Below are positions 36,866-47,773 of a DNA stretch of 64,000 nucleotides, in pieces. Both the position numbers and the translations under genes were made by a program. The notes under the pieces were generated by a model. That model saw only the letters and a list, made by a program, of their open reading frames with translations, had not been told where the DNA came from and ran no database searches. This DNA is from a virus (Duplodnaviria > Heunggongvirae > Uroviricota > Caudoviricetes), in the IMG/VR virus record IMGVR_UViG_3300042901_002340; one strand, given 5' to 3'. How positions within the stretch are numbered: the stretch's first letter is position 1; every line of letters begins with the position of its first letter.

Positions 36866-38462
36866 AAACTGTGAAAGATCCTCCAGAAGATCCTCCAGTT
36901 GGTCCAAATTGACCATAAGCCCTATAATAAACTGTTGTGGTACTTCCAGTTGCTCCTTTAATTATTGTGAAATCCACAGAAGTAGCTGGATTGTTACTCA
37001 TATCTACCTTTAAAACCACACCCGATGTTGTACCAACTCCAATCTTAGTAAATAAAGTATTATTACCGCTATTATACATGCCGTTATAAATCGGTATGTC
37101 AGGACTAGCATATACACTTATATCTATGGATTGTCCATTTTCAATTCCTCCTGGACCCCATAGGGATGATGATGGATCACTAAATAAACCAATTCCCCTT
37201 CCGTTATATCCTGATCCTAAAGATATTATGAAAGTGTTACCATTTCTAATAACAGAAGATTGAACTGGTCCTCCAGGTCTGGATATGAAATACCATTGTG
37301 AACCTGAACCATCAGGAAGGCCTCCAGAGTTCTGAAATGTGGGACTTTGATAACTTTGATATGTTACTCCACTTTTAATTTTTTTTGTTCTTATTTTACC
37401 CTTTGTGTTTATATAGAATTCTCTATCAGTTGCTGTTTCAAGAGAAACGTTATAAACATTTTTTGATATCGTATTAAATGTGTCAGCGGTTCTTTGTGTC
37501 CTTAACCCTGCAGTACCGCCAAAATTAATATCCACCGAAGGAAGGTTTCCAGTTGGATCTCCATTTACATCAACAGTACTTTTAAATGATGCATGGCCAC
37601 CCGTTATGCTTATATTATCACTAAGTATATTAAAATCGCCAATAGCTGGGGTTAATGACTGCATTTTAATTCCACCAGTAGCAGATATACCGGATCCTGA
37701 AGTAGCCCCATAATTTATATCAATTCCCGATCCAGTAGAAACATCGAAATTTTGGGAGCTGGAAGAAAAACCACCAGATGCACCTACTAGTAGTGAGCCA
37801 CCGGGAACATCAAACTTTAAACCATTGTCGGTTGGTGCCGAACTGGACCAAGAAAAAGTTGGGTGTAATGCATAATTACCAGGGTTAGCCAATATGATAT
37901 CACTTTTCATAAATTCAAGAAGCGCAGAAGGGTCCCCAGCACTATCAGTTGATATTAAGAATTTTGCTAATTTTTCATTTATTATACCAGACTCTGGAGA
38001 CCTATCAGAAATTATAAAAGTACAATTTTCTGGGGTTGGTTGATCAAATTTAACAGAAATTCCAGTTCCCCCGTTGGTAAAATATGAATCTACGTCATTG
38101 AATATGTTACCTGAAGACGATAAGCTATACCCACTATCGATCCATCCGGATGGACCAAATTGATAGATTTGGCTATCTGTATTATTTACCCAATAATCCC
38201 CGTAAACAACGGAATTACCTGATCCAAAAGGTGAAGATGGAGCTAAATCCTGTATAAACCATCTTGTTCCTCTAGGTCCATCATTACCAGTTGAACCAAT
38301 TGGCCCATTACTTCCAATTGCTCCTCTATCCCCACTTGGTCCAGTCTCACCAACTGATCCCCCATGAGACTCGACAATTTCGTCAAAATTGTTATTAATC
38401 TTATCTATAGCAAGATTCTGGCCGTCGCTATAATTTATAAATCTTATATTGGTTACTGGCAT
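36864..38462 (-). CDS. tail fibre-like protein with collagen-like segment (paralog)
   Basis: SDG..KINNNF, Gly-X-Y run, RGTRW, GDYW; same architecture as the two downstream genes. Confidence 0.7.
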   Translation of the reverse strand: MPVTNIRFINYSDGQNLAIDKINNNFDEIVESHGGSVGETGPSGDRGAIGSNGPIGSTGNDGPRGTRWFIQDLAPSSPFGSGNSVVYGDYWVNNTDSQIYQFGPSGWIDSGYSLSSSGNIFNDVDSYFTNGGTGISVKFDQPTPENCTFIISDRSPESGIINEKLAKFLISTDSAGDPSALLEFMKSDIILANPGNYALHPTFSWSSSAPTDNGLKFDVPGGSLLVGASGGFSSSSQNFDVSTGSGIDINYGATSGSGISATGGIKMQSLTPAIGDFNILSDNISITGGHASFKSTVDVNGDPTGNLPSVDINFGGTAGLRTQRTADTFNTISKNVYNVSLETATDREFYINTKGKIRTKKIKSGVTYQSYQSPTFQNSGGLPDGSGSQWYFISRPGGPVQSSVIRNGNTFIISLGSGYNGRGIGLFSDPSSSLWGPGGIENGQSIDISVYASPDIPIYNGMYNSGNNTLFTKIGVGTTSGVVLKVDMSNNPATSVDFTIIKGATGSTTTVYYRAYGQFGPTGGSSGGSFTV

Positions 38463-38464
38463 AA

Positions 38465-41400
38465 TTATATTTTAGTTATTGCTAGATTAAATATTAATGA
38501 ATATAGATAATTATTATCAAGATTATATTCGAATGTATATATTAGATTACTTGATTTTGTTAATCTAAAATCAGACTCCTGATAATACTCATCCTCGTAT
38601 TTGGATGATGTTGTTATGTCACCTCTAACTAATAAAACATTATTAATTTGTTGCGCATTATTGACTGCCTCCTTTTTGCTATATAGATCCATATTTTCTC
38701 CCATATATAACGGTGAAACATTATTCATTATATAATCGGTAACATCATCGTCTATGGAATCAGGATTGCCAACACCAAATTCTGATATAATATTATCTAT
38801 AAAAATTTGTTTTATTCCGTCGTTAATTAGGTATCTAGTAAGCATCCTATCTAATCTTATTATACCTCTGACCTTATTTATATCAGGAAAATACTGCCAA
38901 ACTAATTCAGCATTAGGAAAAAGATTTAGATCTAGCTTATCATAATCTACCCCCGATGAATATGGATCAGGTCTTCCTATTCCGGTTCCAGAATTTGTAG
39001 TATCTATATATTGAACAGGTTTTATATATGAGTCTATCTGTGAATTTATAAGTGCAACGTCGGATGTACCATAACCTGATCCATTTCTAACTATCTCAAG
39101 AGTTATATAATTATCAAACTCTAAAGAATCCGGGGTTTTCATTATTTTTGATCCTAGAAATCCTTTATATTCCTTCATTGACCTGGTTCCAGCAACTCTC
39201 TCATACACGGTTGGACCTGTGAATCTTTCATAATACCCAGGATCCCAGGAGGAAGAGAAAACATTAAAATCCTTTCTCCATATCGGAGATTGTCCAACAA
39301 GTGGATAAACTGGACCTTCCGGTAGGTTCTGACTCAATGATAATATATTCTGATCGTTTGCAACCTTAGTAAAGGAAAGATTTCTAGATATACCAAAGTA
39401 TCTCTTATCCGGTGCAAAGTTACAATTTCTGAAAGATAAATCAAAAAAAGACGGATCATAGGAAACCTGTGATATTGTATCTGATTTATCCCTATCGAAA
39501 TGTATTATTTTTCTAAAGATAGGCTCATATCCACCAGAATATCTAAGAAGAGTTGATGGCAGATTCAAATTGGATTGTATAGTATATGCGGTAGGAACCG
39601 ATTCTCCTAGAGTTTGCGGACCTCCGTAATATTTACTTGATTTGGAACCTTTAGATTTTACTATTCTTGATGGTTTATCCATGCGTAATTCAAAATCATT
39701 ATAAATAATACCGCTGTCCTTGTGTGTTTCATATTGAATATATGATGATCCAGAATTTATTCTGGTAGAAATACCAGAAAGGGATATTCTCTGCAATATT
39801 GAACTATAATAACTAAACCCACCTGCTTTCTGAAAAACTGGTTTATTCCTGTATATTGACTGAGGACCAACAGGTATTATAACAGGATCAACAGCAGAGA
39901 AGCCCACAGTAAAGCTATACTCAGGTTTATATGGAGGGTCCGAACCAAAAATAGGAGTCTGTGGAGGAACTATTTTAGCAAAATCTAAATAATTTGGACC
40001 AACTCCAATCGGCCAAGGATATGTTACATACGGAGTAAATTTGGTAATATAAAAGCTAGCAGGTCCCGTAGCCGATGGACCCACAGTAGCGTCTGATGAA
40101 TTTTCACTATAGAATGTATGTATTTCTTCCCTTAAATCTGTGTCATATGTCGAACTTGGGATTATATTTATTCTTCCTCCCGTTGTTGTATTAACAACCG
40201 AGCCGGAACCAACAGAAAGATCCAATGCTGAACTTAATTTAATATCAGATATTTCATATAATCTAGAACCGCCAACCATAGGATACACCAATTTCTCCTT
40301 ATTATTAACTGAGTAAAGTAGAGTATAATCCAAAATTGGATCACCACCGGTTCCACCTGTGTAACCAACTCCCAGAGATTTATAATCTCTCATAACAATA
40401 TCACAAACAAATAGTATAAATCTTTGGCTCTGATTTTCTATTATTCTATATTTAACAGGATCCTGTATATTATCATCATCCTCCGATATTGGTCTTAATA
40501 TCGCAGCAAATTTATAATCCTCATAATTTCTATATTTCGGAATATATTTATCCAACGAATCTGCGACGCTATTAGAGAGATTTGACCTTTTTTTAAGAAT
40601 AATCTTAGCTCCCCTGAAAAGAGTCTCGTAGAAGCCACTAGATTTGTTATACGTGAACGTAGTAAACAATTCTTTGGTGTATGATCTATCATCTCTAAAT
40701 TCTTCAGGATAATCTGATGGTTCCACCGTAAAATATGATGCTAAATAATTGCCCGGACCCACAGCCTGTTCGAGATCTATCTTTCCGGGAAGATAACTAT
40801 TCTGATTCTTCATATATTCAATAGGAAAATTCCTAGGTGGCTGTTCAAGTAAAAACCACTCATGAGTAAGATATCTAGAATCGGCAATATCCTTATCAAA
40901 ACTTGGAGAAAAATTAGTTGGCGAAAAGGCAGGACTAGAATTCAATCTATACTGATTTCCTCTTGCGTCTATTCCATCGCTATAAGCCCACTTATTAATA
41001 AATGGAACTATCCTGGAAACATTAGATATATCAGGGCTGTAATTTTCATTGAGATACTCATACTCGGTCCCAAGTTTACCTCTATTAAATATTTCTATTT
41101 TTGATGCACCTGCACTGACAGGGTTTGGTGAGATGTCCTGGATTCCTATAAATCCATTGAATGTATCCAGGTCCCTATTGTATCCAACAGGACTTCCAGT
41201 AGCACCACCGTATATAATACTCGAACCTCTTGATGTATCTGATTGTGGAATATAAGAAATATCTGAGTACTCTGCGGGAATAACTACGAGCTCCTTAAAT
41301 AAATCAGGTCTAGCATTTTTTATTGATGTATATCCACTAGCACCATAAAAAAGATTGGAAGTTACCACAACTCCTGATTCTGCCTGTTGAGGATAAATCT

Positions 41401-44053
41401 GATCAGCATATTCAACCTGTCCTTGCTTAACTATATATGGCACATTCTCTTTTATAATTCCGGTTACACCCACCGGTATCTGGTAATATTTATAAGTCTC
41501 CGGAGTTGGTGCATAACCATACTCGGAGCTCCAAAAATCAAAATCAAATTCCTTCACATCAAAAAATGTAAAGACACCTATATTCATTTTTGCTGATTTA
41601 TAGACATTAAATGATCTATCATATCCCAAATCAATCTCTATATTATCATCTATATTCAGAACACTGCTATATGTGAAGTTTTCAAATCCTGTTATTTTTC
41701 CAATTATTGGATCACTTTGCGGGCTATCAACATATTTAGTTAACGAATTTACTTTAGTATATCCAGCTTTGGTGTTTATGAAATCACCAGGTTTTATAAA
41801 ATCTAAATATTCACTAGGGAATATTAATCTACTATTTGCTGTTTTAGTACCACCGATGAAATTAACAGATCCATATAATGTTGACGCATCAGAGCCATTA
41901 ATCTGAACATATCCACCACTAGAAACGGTATAATATGGTTCCCAATTAGTGGGATTATCGGAAAATATAGGAGGATCGTATGAGGGTGAAATTGTAGAAA
42001 TAGCACCATAATAATTTCCCATATATGCAACAATATCTGACGGAAAGTATGTTTCGCTGTTTGACCATACACCTCTAAATTTGGAAGTGAAATATTCATA
42101 ATCATCAAATACTGCGATGGAGTACGAATCATTTCCATATGTCCCAAAATCTCTAAGACGAATAACGGTGGAATCTAAATTTACCCCCGCATCCCAAGTT
42201 ACACCATCAACATCATTAATGGCACCAGCAAAAGCGCTAGCAACCTCACCAGTTTCACCCATTGATGCATTAAAGTAAAATGAAGACCCGGTAGAATAGT
42301 AAGATCCGTCTATCCAAACAAGAACAGCTGCAAGATCAGCTGATTCTATAACATCATATCTTCTGCTACCTTCCTTATTACCACCATTCGGCCAGTATAA
42401 TCTAAAAGTTAATGGCTTTGGTTTATCATAAATTTTAAGGAATCTAATTTCACTATATGCCCTACCTGGGGTTGTTGCATAATCAGAAGGGATCGTTGAT
42501 ATCTTTTCAGTTATTCCAGTAAAATCCAGAATATCAATTTTAGTATTTTGTAAAACCAAACTACCAGTCGTGGATGTAAAATTAGACCCAGTTGTGCCAA
42601 AGGTTTCCGTTAATGCGTCATATGGTCCGTAAGAATATTTTGGAGAGTTTCCACCAAAATTAATATATCCTTCATCCCTCTTAAGACTATAGAAATTACC
42701 ATTCTTGTCAGTCACATAATATAATTTATTGGAATCAAGTATATTAACGTTATCAGATCCAGGCAAAAGACCAGGCGTATAAACACCGGAAACATCCTTC
42801 TCGTAGAATAATCTAACTCCGGAATCCGCTGTTATCCCATAAGATTCGTTACTATAATAGTACCCAAATGCATCTCTAGTTGGCTTTGGTAAATTTTCAT
42901 TACCATCGAGATCTCTAAATTTATAATAAAACTCACCATTAGATCTCAATTCATTAAGGTCATTTCTAGAAACATACATCCCAAAATATCTATTTATAGA
43001 ATACTCGTCAGCATCGTCATCATCAAAAAGAAATTCTAGATTTAATATATTTGGTGGAATTACACCGTTTCTTGAAAATCCATTGGTCATATAGGTTTCA
43101 AAATCAATCATCCTATCAGAGGAATCACTTGAAAAATATCCGGAAAGAATCTCACCCTTTCTTGTGTATATTCCTTCAGCAATCGAGGCACCATTATAAT
43201 ATGTATATGAATTTGGACCCCAGCTAACATTAATCGGAGAATCTGTAAAATTCTTATCAGATACTATATTTCTTATGTATTTACCAATCTTGGAAGATTT
43301 AGTAAGATCAAATGTTTTAATAGCTAAACAATTTGGTAATATTTTATTCTTAAAAGTTGAAGCTACGTCATCAACCATATTAATATTGTGTAGCTCATCG
43401 AAGATACAAACTATACCATTTCCACTAACAATTTCATAGGACTGATATTCACTAGAGCCTGTAAATATAGATCCGCTATTTATGAGTATTGGCTCACCTG
43501 CTCCAGTTTTACCGTAAGATATTACAAAATCACTATCACTATCGTAATTCTTTACAATCTTATATTTAACATCTGGATTTATTACGGTTTCATTTTTTGA
43601 ATAAATATAACTTAAGGGGCCAGGTATCTTAAATATAACAAAATAATCCGGTATCTCACTTTTTATCCAAAGGGGAGCAAAGTAACTAAAAGACTCATCA
43701 TAATTTTTATCAGCAAGAGCTGATGCACCACTAGCATAGAAAAAGTCATACTGCCCGGAAAATTTTTTGGAAACCTCTCTATCTCCTCTAGTAAATCTTG
43801 CAGTATCAAATATTATGTTATTAGAAAGCTTTCCTTTATCAAAAAAATTAAAAATGTCAAGAGCAAATGAATTTTCACCAGTTATATTAAAATTCTTAAA
43901 TCTATCATTACTAAGAGTTTGATTTGCATTCATGGAATTAAACGAAACCCCGTCGGAGGAATCCACTGTTATTCTTAGATTTCCAGTTATTCTTGGATTC
44001 GTTCTTATTACTGAAAACGAAGAATTATAATCAAAAAGTTTTGATTTGGACAT
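38465..44053 (-). CDS. large virion structural protein (tail/baseplate region)
   Basis: 1862 aa uninterrupted ORF in the structural block; short W..Y...DIV.Y carbohydrate-binding-like segment (FRGVWSNSETYFPSDIVAYMGNYY). Confidence 0.6.
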   Translation of the reverse strand: MSKSKLFDYNSSFSVIRTNPRITGNLRITVDSSDGVSFNSMNANQTLSNDRFKNFNITGENSFALDIFNFFDKGKLSNNIIFDTARFTRGDREVSKKFSGQYDFFYASGASALADKNYDESFSYFAPLWIKSEIPDYFVIFKIPGPLSYIYSKNETVINPDVKYKIVKNYDSDSDFVISYGKTGAGEPILINSGSIFTGSSEYQSYEIVSGNGIVCIFDELHNINMVDDVASTFKNKILPNCLAIKTFDLTKSSKIGKYIRNIVSDKNFTDSPINVSWGPNSYTYYNGASIAEGIYTRKGEILSGYFSSDSSDRMIDFETYMTNGFSRNGVIPPNILNLEFLFDDDDADEYSINRYFGMYVSRNDLNELRSNGEFYYKFRDLDGNENLPKPTRDAFGYYYSNESYGITADSGVRLFYEKDVSGVYTPGLLPGSDNVNILDSNKLYYVTDKNGNFYSLKRDEGYINFGGNSPKYSYGPYDALTETFGTTGSNFTSTTGSLVLQNTKIDILDFTGITEKISTIPSDYATTPGRAYSEIRFLKIYDKPKPLTFRLYWPNGGNKEGSRRYDVIESADLAAVLVWIDGSYYSTGSSFYFNASMGETGEVASAFAGAINDVDGVTWDAGVNLDSTVIRLRDFGTYGNDSYSIAVFDDYEYFTSKFRGVWSNSETYFPSDIVAYMGNYYGAISTISPSYDPPIFSDNPTNWEPYYTVSSGGYVQINGSDASTLYGSVNFIGGTKTANSRLIFPSEYLDFIKPGDFINTKAGYTKVNSLTKYVDSPQSDPIIGKITGFENFTYSSVLNIDDNIEIDLGYDRSFNVYKSAKMNIGVFTFFDVKEFDFDFWSSEYGYAPTPETYKYYQIPVGVTGIIKENVPYIVKQGQVEYADQIYPQQAESGVVVTSNLFYGASGYTSIKNARPDLFKELVVIPAEYSDISYIPQSDTSRGSSIIYGGATGSPVGYNRDLDTFNGFIGIQDISPNPVSAGASKIEIFNRGKLGTEYEYLNENYSPDISNVSRIVPFINKWAYSDGIDARGNQYRLNSSPAFSPTNFSPSFDKDIADSRYLTHEWFLLEQPPRNFPIEYMKNQNSYLPGKIDLEQAVGPGNYLASYFTVEPSDYPEEFRDDRSYTKELFTTFTYNKSSGFYETLFRGAKIILKKRSNLSNSVADSLDKYIPKYRNYEDYKFAAILRPISEDDDNIQDPVKYRIIENQSQRFILFVCDIVMRDYKSLGVGYTGGTGGDPILDYTLLYSVNNKEKLVYPMVGGSRLYEISDIKLSSALDLSVGSGSVVNTTTGGRINIIPSSTYDTDLREEIHTFYSENSSDATVGPSATGPASFYITKFTPYVTYPWPIGVGPNYLDFAKIVPPQTPIFGSDPPYKPEYSFTVGFSAVDPVIIPVGPQSIYRNKPVFQKAGGFSYYSSILQRISLSGISTRINSGSSYIQYETHKDSGIIYNDFELRMDKPSRIVKSKGSKSSKYYGGPQTLGESVPTAYTIQSNLNLPSTLLRYSGGYEPIFRKIIHFDRDKSDTISQVSYDPSFFDLSFRNCNFAPDKRYFGISRNLSFTKVANDQNILSLSQNLPEGPVYPLVGQSPIWRKDFNVFSSSWDPGYYERFTGPTVYERVAGTRSMKEYKGFLGSKIMKTPDSLEFDNYITLEIVRNGSGYGTSDVALINSQIDSYIKPVQYIDTTNSGTGIGRPDPYSSGVDYDKLDLNLFPNAELVWQYFPDINKVRGIIRLDRMLTRYLINDGIKQIFIDNIISEFGVGNPDSIDDDVTDYIMNNVSPLYMGENMDLYSKKEAVNNAQQINNVLLVRGDITTSSKYEDEYYQESDFRLTKSSNLIYTFEYNLDNNYLYSLIFNLAITKI

Positions 44054-44073
44054 ATGTCATCTATTATTTATTA

Positions 44074-47000
44074 TTAATTACTACTAAGTCCGCTATCGAA
44101 ATTAGGTGCAACCAATGTATCATTTTTATAAGATCCAGTAACTTGTATATCAAACGAGAATGAATCCTCATTTTGAACCTGCAGATCAATACCAATTTTC
44201 TTTGTGTATGTCACATTGGATAAATTTCCTGATTTTCTCCATCCTCCTATAAAACCAAGTTTATCTACTGCTCTAAATTGAAATATTATAGGAACGTTTA
44301 TGGCATTAGTTTCCCCTGTTCCTAGAGAAAGTGTGGACAGAGAGGTTGTTCCTGAAACCTGAATTGCAGAACCTGACTGTGGAGCAATGTACAAATATGC
44401 ACCACAAGAATATTTACCTATAAGAAATTGGTCATTAACAGTAAATCCGAGCTTATCTGGATACATCGAATCCGTTCTTGTCACAGTTGAGCTTATAGCA
44501 AAAGGACCGGGTTGTCTATATGATTGTTGAACCCAATAATAATTAAGAGTCGTATCACCCCAGAAAGTTTGGGTGTGTCTAAAGGGAGGATAAACCTTAC
44601 CACCATCAACAAAAGGTTTAACCATATCCTGATAATTCGTATATCCATCAGTATTACCTACAACAAGTAAATATGGATGGTCTTTATGGATACAGAATTC
44701 AGTTATATAGCCTCCACCCTGAGGAGATCCGCCGGTTACACCTGAATATGAACCATTCCATATTGCACTATTAGTGGACCCAGATTCTGGTGGGGGAGTT
44801 GGAAGTTGAGGATTATACGGTATCATAAATGTTCCACTTTGAGGATATGTCGAGGTAACTCCATCCTTAGTAATACCAAAATTTGTTGCATTAACATCAC
44901 CATCATATATTGGACTCTCAGCAGGAGTATTGAAATAGGTACCAAATAAAGTGGGATCACTCTGGTATAACGGAAGATCATACCCAACAGTTTTAAATCT
45001 AGGATAAACATATTGTGAATATGCATTTGCAGAAGCAAAAGGAGGTGCCTGTCTAAACGAAGTATTGTTTACTATTGATTGATCAGAAAGGGTTAATGAT
45101 GTTAAAGATATAGGGCAGTCACCATATCTAAGATTTTCATTATACCCAACAGGGAATGATGAACTTACACTTGAAGGTGCTCTTTGAGCTAAACCCCCTG
45201 GTATAATGGAAGCAAGTTCAACACTGGAAGCCTGCTGGTTAAAAAGCTGAAGATTATATGTAAATGAAGCTGTTCTACCTGCATCAAATCCAAGCGGATC
45301 AGAGAATATATCCGAATAAAATCCTGCTGTGATCTTAACAGTAGATCCTTTAGAAACTTTAATCTTATTATTATTAGAATCCAGAATGTAAACCTCAAGC
45401 ACACCTCTAGCATTAGAAAGCTGAGCAGTAAGTAGGGTTATCTGATTCTGTAAATCTGTTATTTTATCAAAAAGATTTATAACAGTTCCGCTGCTAGTAA
45501 AAAATCCACTAGCTATACCTTTTGTGTCGTGATAGTAAGTATTTTCTCCTGATGTAAATTGCTGAGATAAATGAGAAGGTAAACCTTGTGAATCAAGGGC
45601 TCTCTGCATTTTAACTACCGCAGCATCCTGGGTGTTTGCATTCAACGTATCAGCAACTCCAGTTACAGATAAACTATCCGGAAATTGTATAATAACGGAA
45701 TCAGAAAAATCAGAAACCAAAGGATTTTCTGGCCATCCTGCCTCGGATATGGAAGAAATTTGTATTTCCACTCTTTCACCCTTTGTTATCGCTATATCAA
45801 GTTGATTAACATTCTGGACATTAGCATCGGAGGTAACCTCCGCTGACCAAACGTAGATTCCTCTAGTTTCATCATATACTTTTTTTCTAATGTCAGTTTT
45901 ATACTCAGTCCAGTTTGAAAATGCAGCATTTTTCTTTACACCGTCATTATCAACAAATTCTATCTGTTCTGCAGGCTGAGAAGCTCCGCCGTCACTAAGA
46001 TATCTGTACCTAACATTAAATTGGATAACCTCCTGAGCACCTGTAGTCGGATCAATCTTAGGAGCAGGAAAAGGCCAAAATCCTCTGACTCTATATTTTG
46101 GAGCTTCTATTATCTGCGGAACATCCTTAACCAGAACATTGACCTCGTCAACAAGAGAAGCATACAATTGAGCTTTCTTTGTTCTTTCATCAATTAAACT
46201 GTTTAGACTTGCTCTTATTGAAGCAACATCAGTTCCAGGGGGAGAAGTTATATTACTATTTGTTACAATATTATCATAATTTCTATTAGGAACATTTATA
46301 CCATTATCGTTATCACCACCGAATTGAGTGGAATCACTTATGGAAGCTCTAGGTGTTCCAGAACGGGTAACGTTTCTAGATAAACCTGCATTTAATTCGA
46401 GTCTTGTCTCAGAGATAGCTTGATCTAATGCATCAATCTCGCTTTTTAGAGTTGTTTTAAGGTTTAATTTATCTTCAACAACCTTAACTGATGTTGAATC
46501 AGTAACCTGCTTGTTTATCTGAACCACCTTAAAACTATCAAGAGTTACTAGAGGTGCATCTGGTATAAGTCCCTGTATAGCTGGTATTTTATTTTCCTTA
46601 GCTGTACCAAGAAAAACCTTACCCAGATCAGAAACCTCATTAAGATAGTAGGTTTCAAGAGTTACTAATTCACCATTTGAATTTTTAGTTTTTAATTCAT
46701 TGCTCCAAAAAACAATACCAGTTGACCAATCAGCACTTACTATATTGAAATTATCATCAATTGTTTTAAAGAATACACCTTGTCTTTCATTATAACCAAC
46801 ATTTACTTGAACATATCTAGGTCCAAAGTCAGTGGATGAAATTGATATACTATTTGCACCAATCTGAATAGGTTGGTATCCAGAAACTCTTTTAGCCTGT
46901 ATTGATGCTTGATCTCTATTGACAGATGTTATCTGATACAAACTTCCATCTTGAGTTGAAATTTTATCACCTACGTCCAGACTCTTTCCATCCTTTATAT

Positions 47001-47760
47001 TTGTTAATGTGTCAGTATATGCTATTTTATCTAATTTGTAATTTCTTCTAGTCTCTTGAAAGGAATTACCATTCTGATCTGTTGATGTAATTGAATCATC
47101 ATAATAACTTATAACCCCAAAATTTCCGATATATCTTATGGTTCTTAATGGAAGTTGAACTATATCCTCATCAACAAAATATCCGATTCCATTATCGCCT
47201 AATAGACCAAGATATTGGTTATAAGTTAGATCATTTCTACCTTTTATGCTAGAATCAAAATATGCTTTCTGCTCATCGGTTTGAGTGTTAGCTATTACTC
47301 TTTTAACAACTATTCTGTCTGCACTCTCTGATATTTGACCCGTTACATTTATATTAATGTAAAGTAATGGACTTAAAAAACTTTCAAAAAACCAATTATC
47401 CTTAACTGAAAATGTACTAGGAACAGCAAGATTTGATAAGCTAGGAGGATTTTTTAAAGTTTCAACCTTAAAAACTTGGGAATATGTTCCATCTGGATTT
47501 CTAACTGTTGATGAAGAATCACCTATACCAGCAAGGGATTTTATATTATTATCCAATCTGTCTATTTCTCCTCTAAGAAATCCATAGGAAGGTATATTCG
47601 CAGTTTTAGGTAAACCCTGTTCATCAAGAACTTCTATCGAAACGGTATCATTTGTTGACACTGCAACCTGATTCAATCCATTAATTATCTCAAGAGAATT
47701 TTTTTGAAGTCTTAAAAACTGAGCTACTAAAGAACTTATTGTATTTTGTGTTCCGGCCAT
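44074..47760 (-). CDS. large virion structural protein
   Basis: 1228 aa; beta-rich with coiled-coil stretches. Confidence 0.6.
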   Translation of the reverse strand: MAGTQNTISSLVAQFLRLQKNSLEIINGLNQVAVSTNDTVSIEVLDEQGLPKTANIPSYGFLRGEIDRLDNNIKSLAGIGDSSSTVRNPDGTYSQVFKVETLKNPPSLSNLAVPSTFSVKDNWFFESFLSPLLYININVTGQISESADRIVVKRVIANTQTDEQKAYFDSSIKGRNDLTYNQYLGLLGDNGIGYFVDEDIVQLPLRTIRYIGNFGVISYYDDSITSTDQNGNSFQETRRNYKLDKIAYTDTLTNIKDGKSLDVGDKISTQDGSLYQITSVNRDQASIQAKRVSGYQPIQIGANSISISSTDFGPRYVQVNVGYNERQGVFFKTIDDNFNIVSADWSTGIVFWSNELKTKNSNGELVTLETYYLNEVSDLGKVFLGTAKENKIPAIQGLIPDAPLVTLDSFKVVQINKQVTDSTSVKVVEDKLNLKTTLKSEIDALDQAISETRLELNAGLSRNVTRSGTPRASISDSTQFGGDNDNGINVPNRNYDNIVTNSNITSPPGTDVASIRASLNSLIDERTKKAQLYASLVDEVNVLVKDVPQIIEAPKYRVRGFWPFPAPKIDPTTGAQEVIQFNVRYRYLSDGGASQPAEQIEFVDNDGVKKNAAFSNWTEYKTDIRKKVYDETRGIYVWSAEVTSDANVQNVNQLDIAITKGERVEIQISSISEAGWPENPLVSDFSDSVIIQFPDSLSVTGVADTLNANTQDAAVVKMQRALDSQGLPSHLSQQFTSGENTYYHDTKGIASGFFTSSGTVINLFDKITDLQNQITLLTAQLSNARGVLEVYILDSNNNKIKVSKGSTVKITAGFYSDIFSDPLGFDAGRTASFTYNLQLFNQQASSVELASIIPGGLAQRAPSSVSSSFPVGYNENLRYGDCPISLTSLTLSDQSIVNNTSFRQAPPFASANAYSQYVYPRFKTVGYDLPLYQSDPTLFGTYFNTPAESPIYDGDVNATNFGITKDGVTSTYPQSGTFMIPYNPQLPTPPPESGSTNSAIWNGSYSGVTGGSPQGGGYITEFCIHKDHPYLLVVGNTDGYTNYQDMVKPFVDGGKVYPPFRHTQTFWGDTTLNYYWVQQSYRQPGPFAISSTVTRTDSMYPDKLGFTVNDQFLIGKYSCGAYLYIAPQSGSAIQVSGTTSLSTLSLGTGETNAINVPIIFQFRAVDKLGFIGGWRKSGNLSNVTYTKKIGIDLQVQNEDSFSFDIQVTGSYKNDTLVAPNFDSGLSSN

Positions 47761-47773
47761 TTTTGGTTATTTT

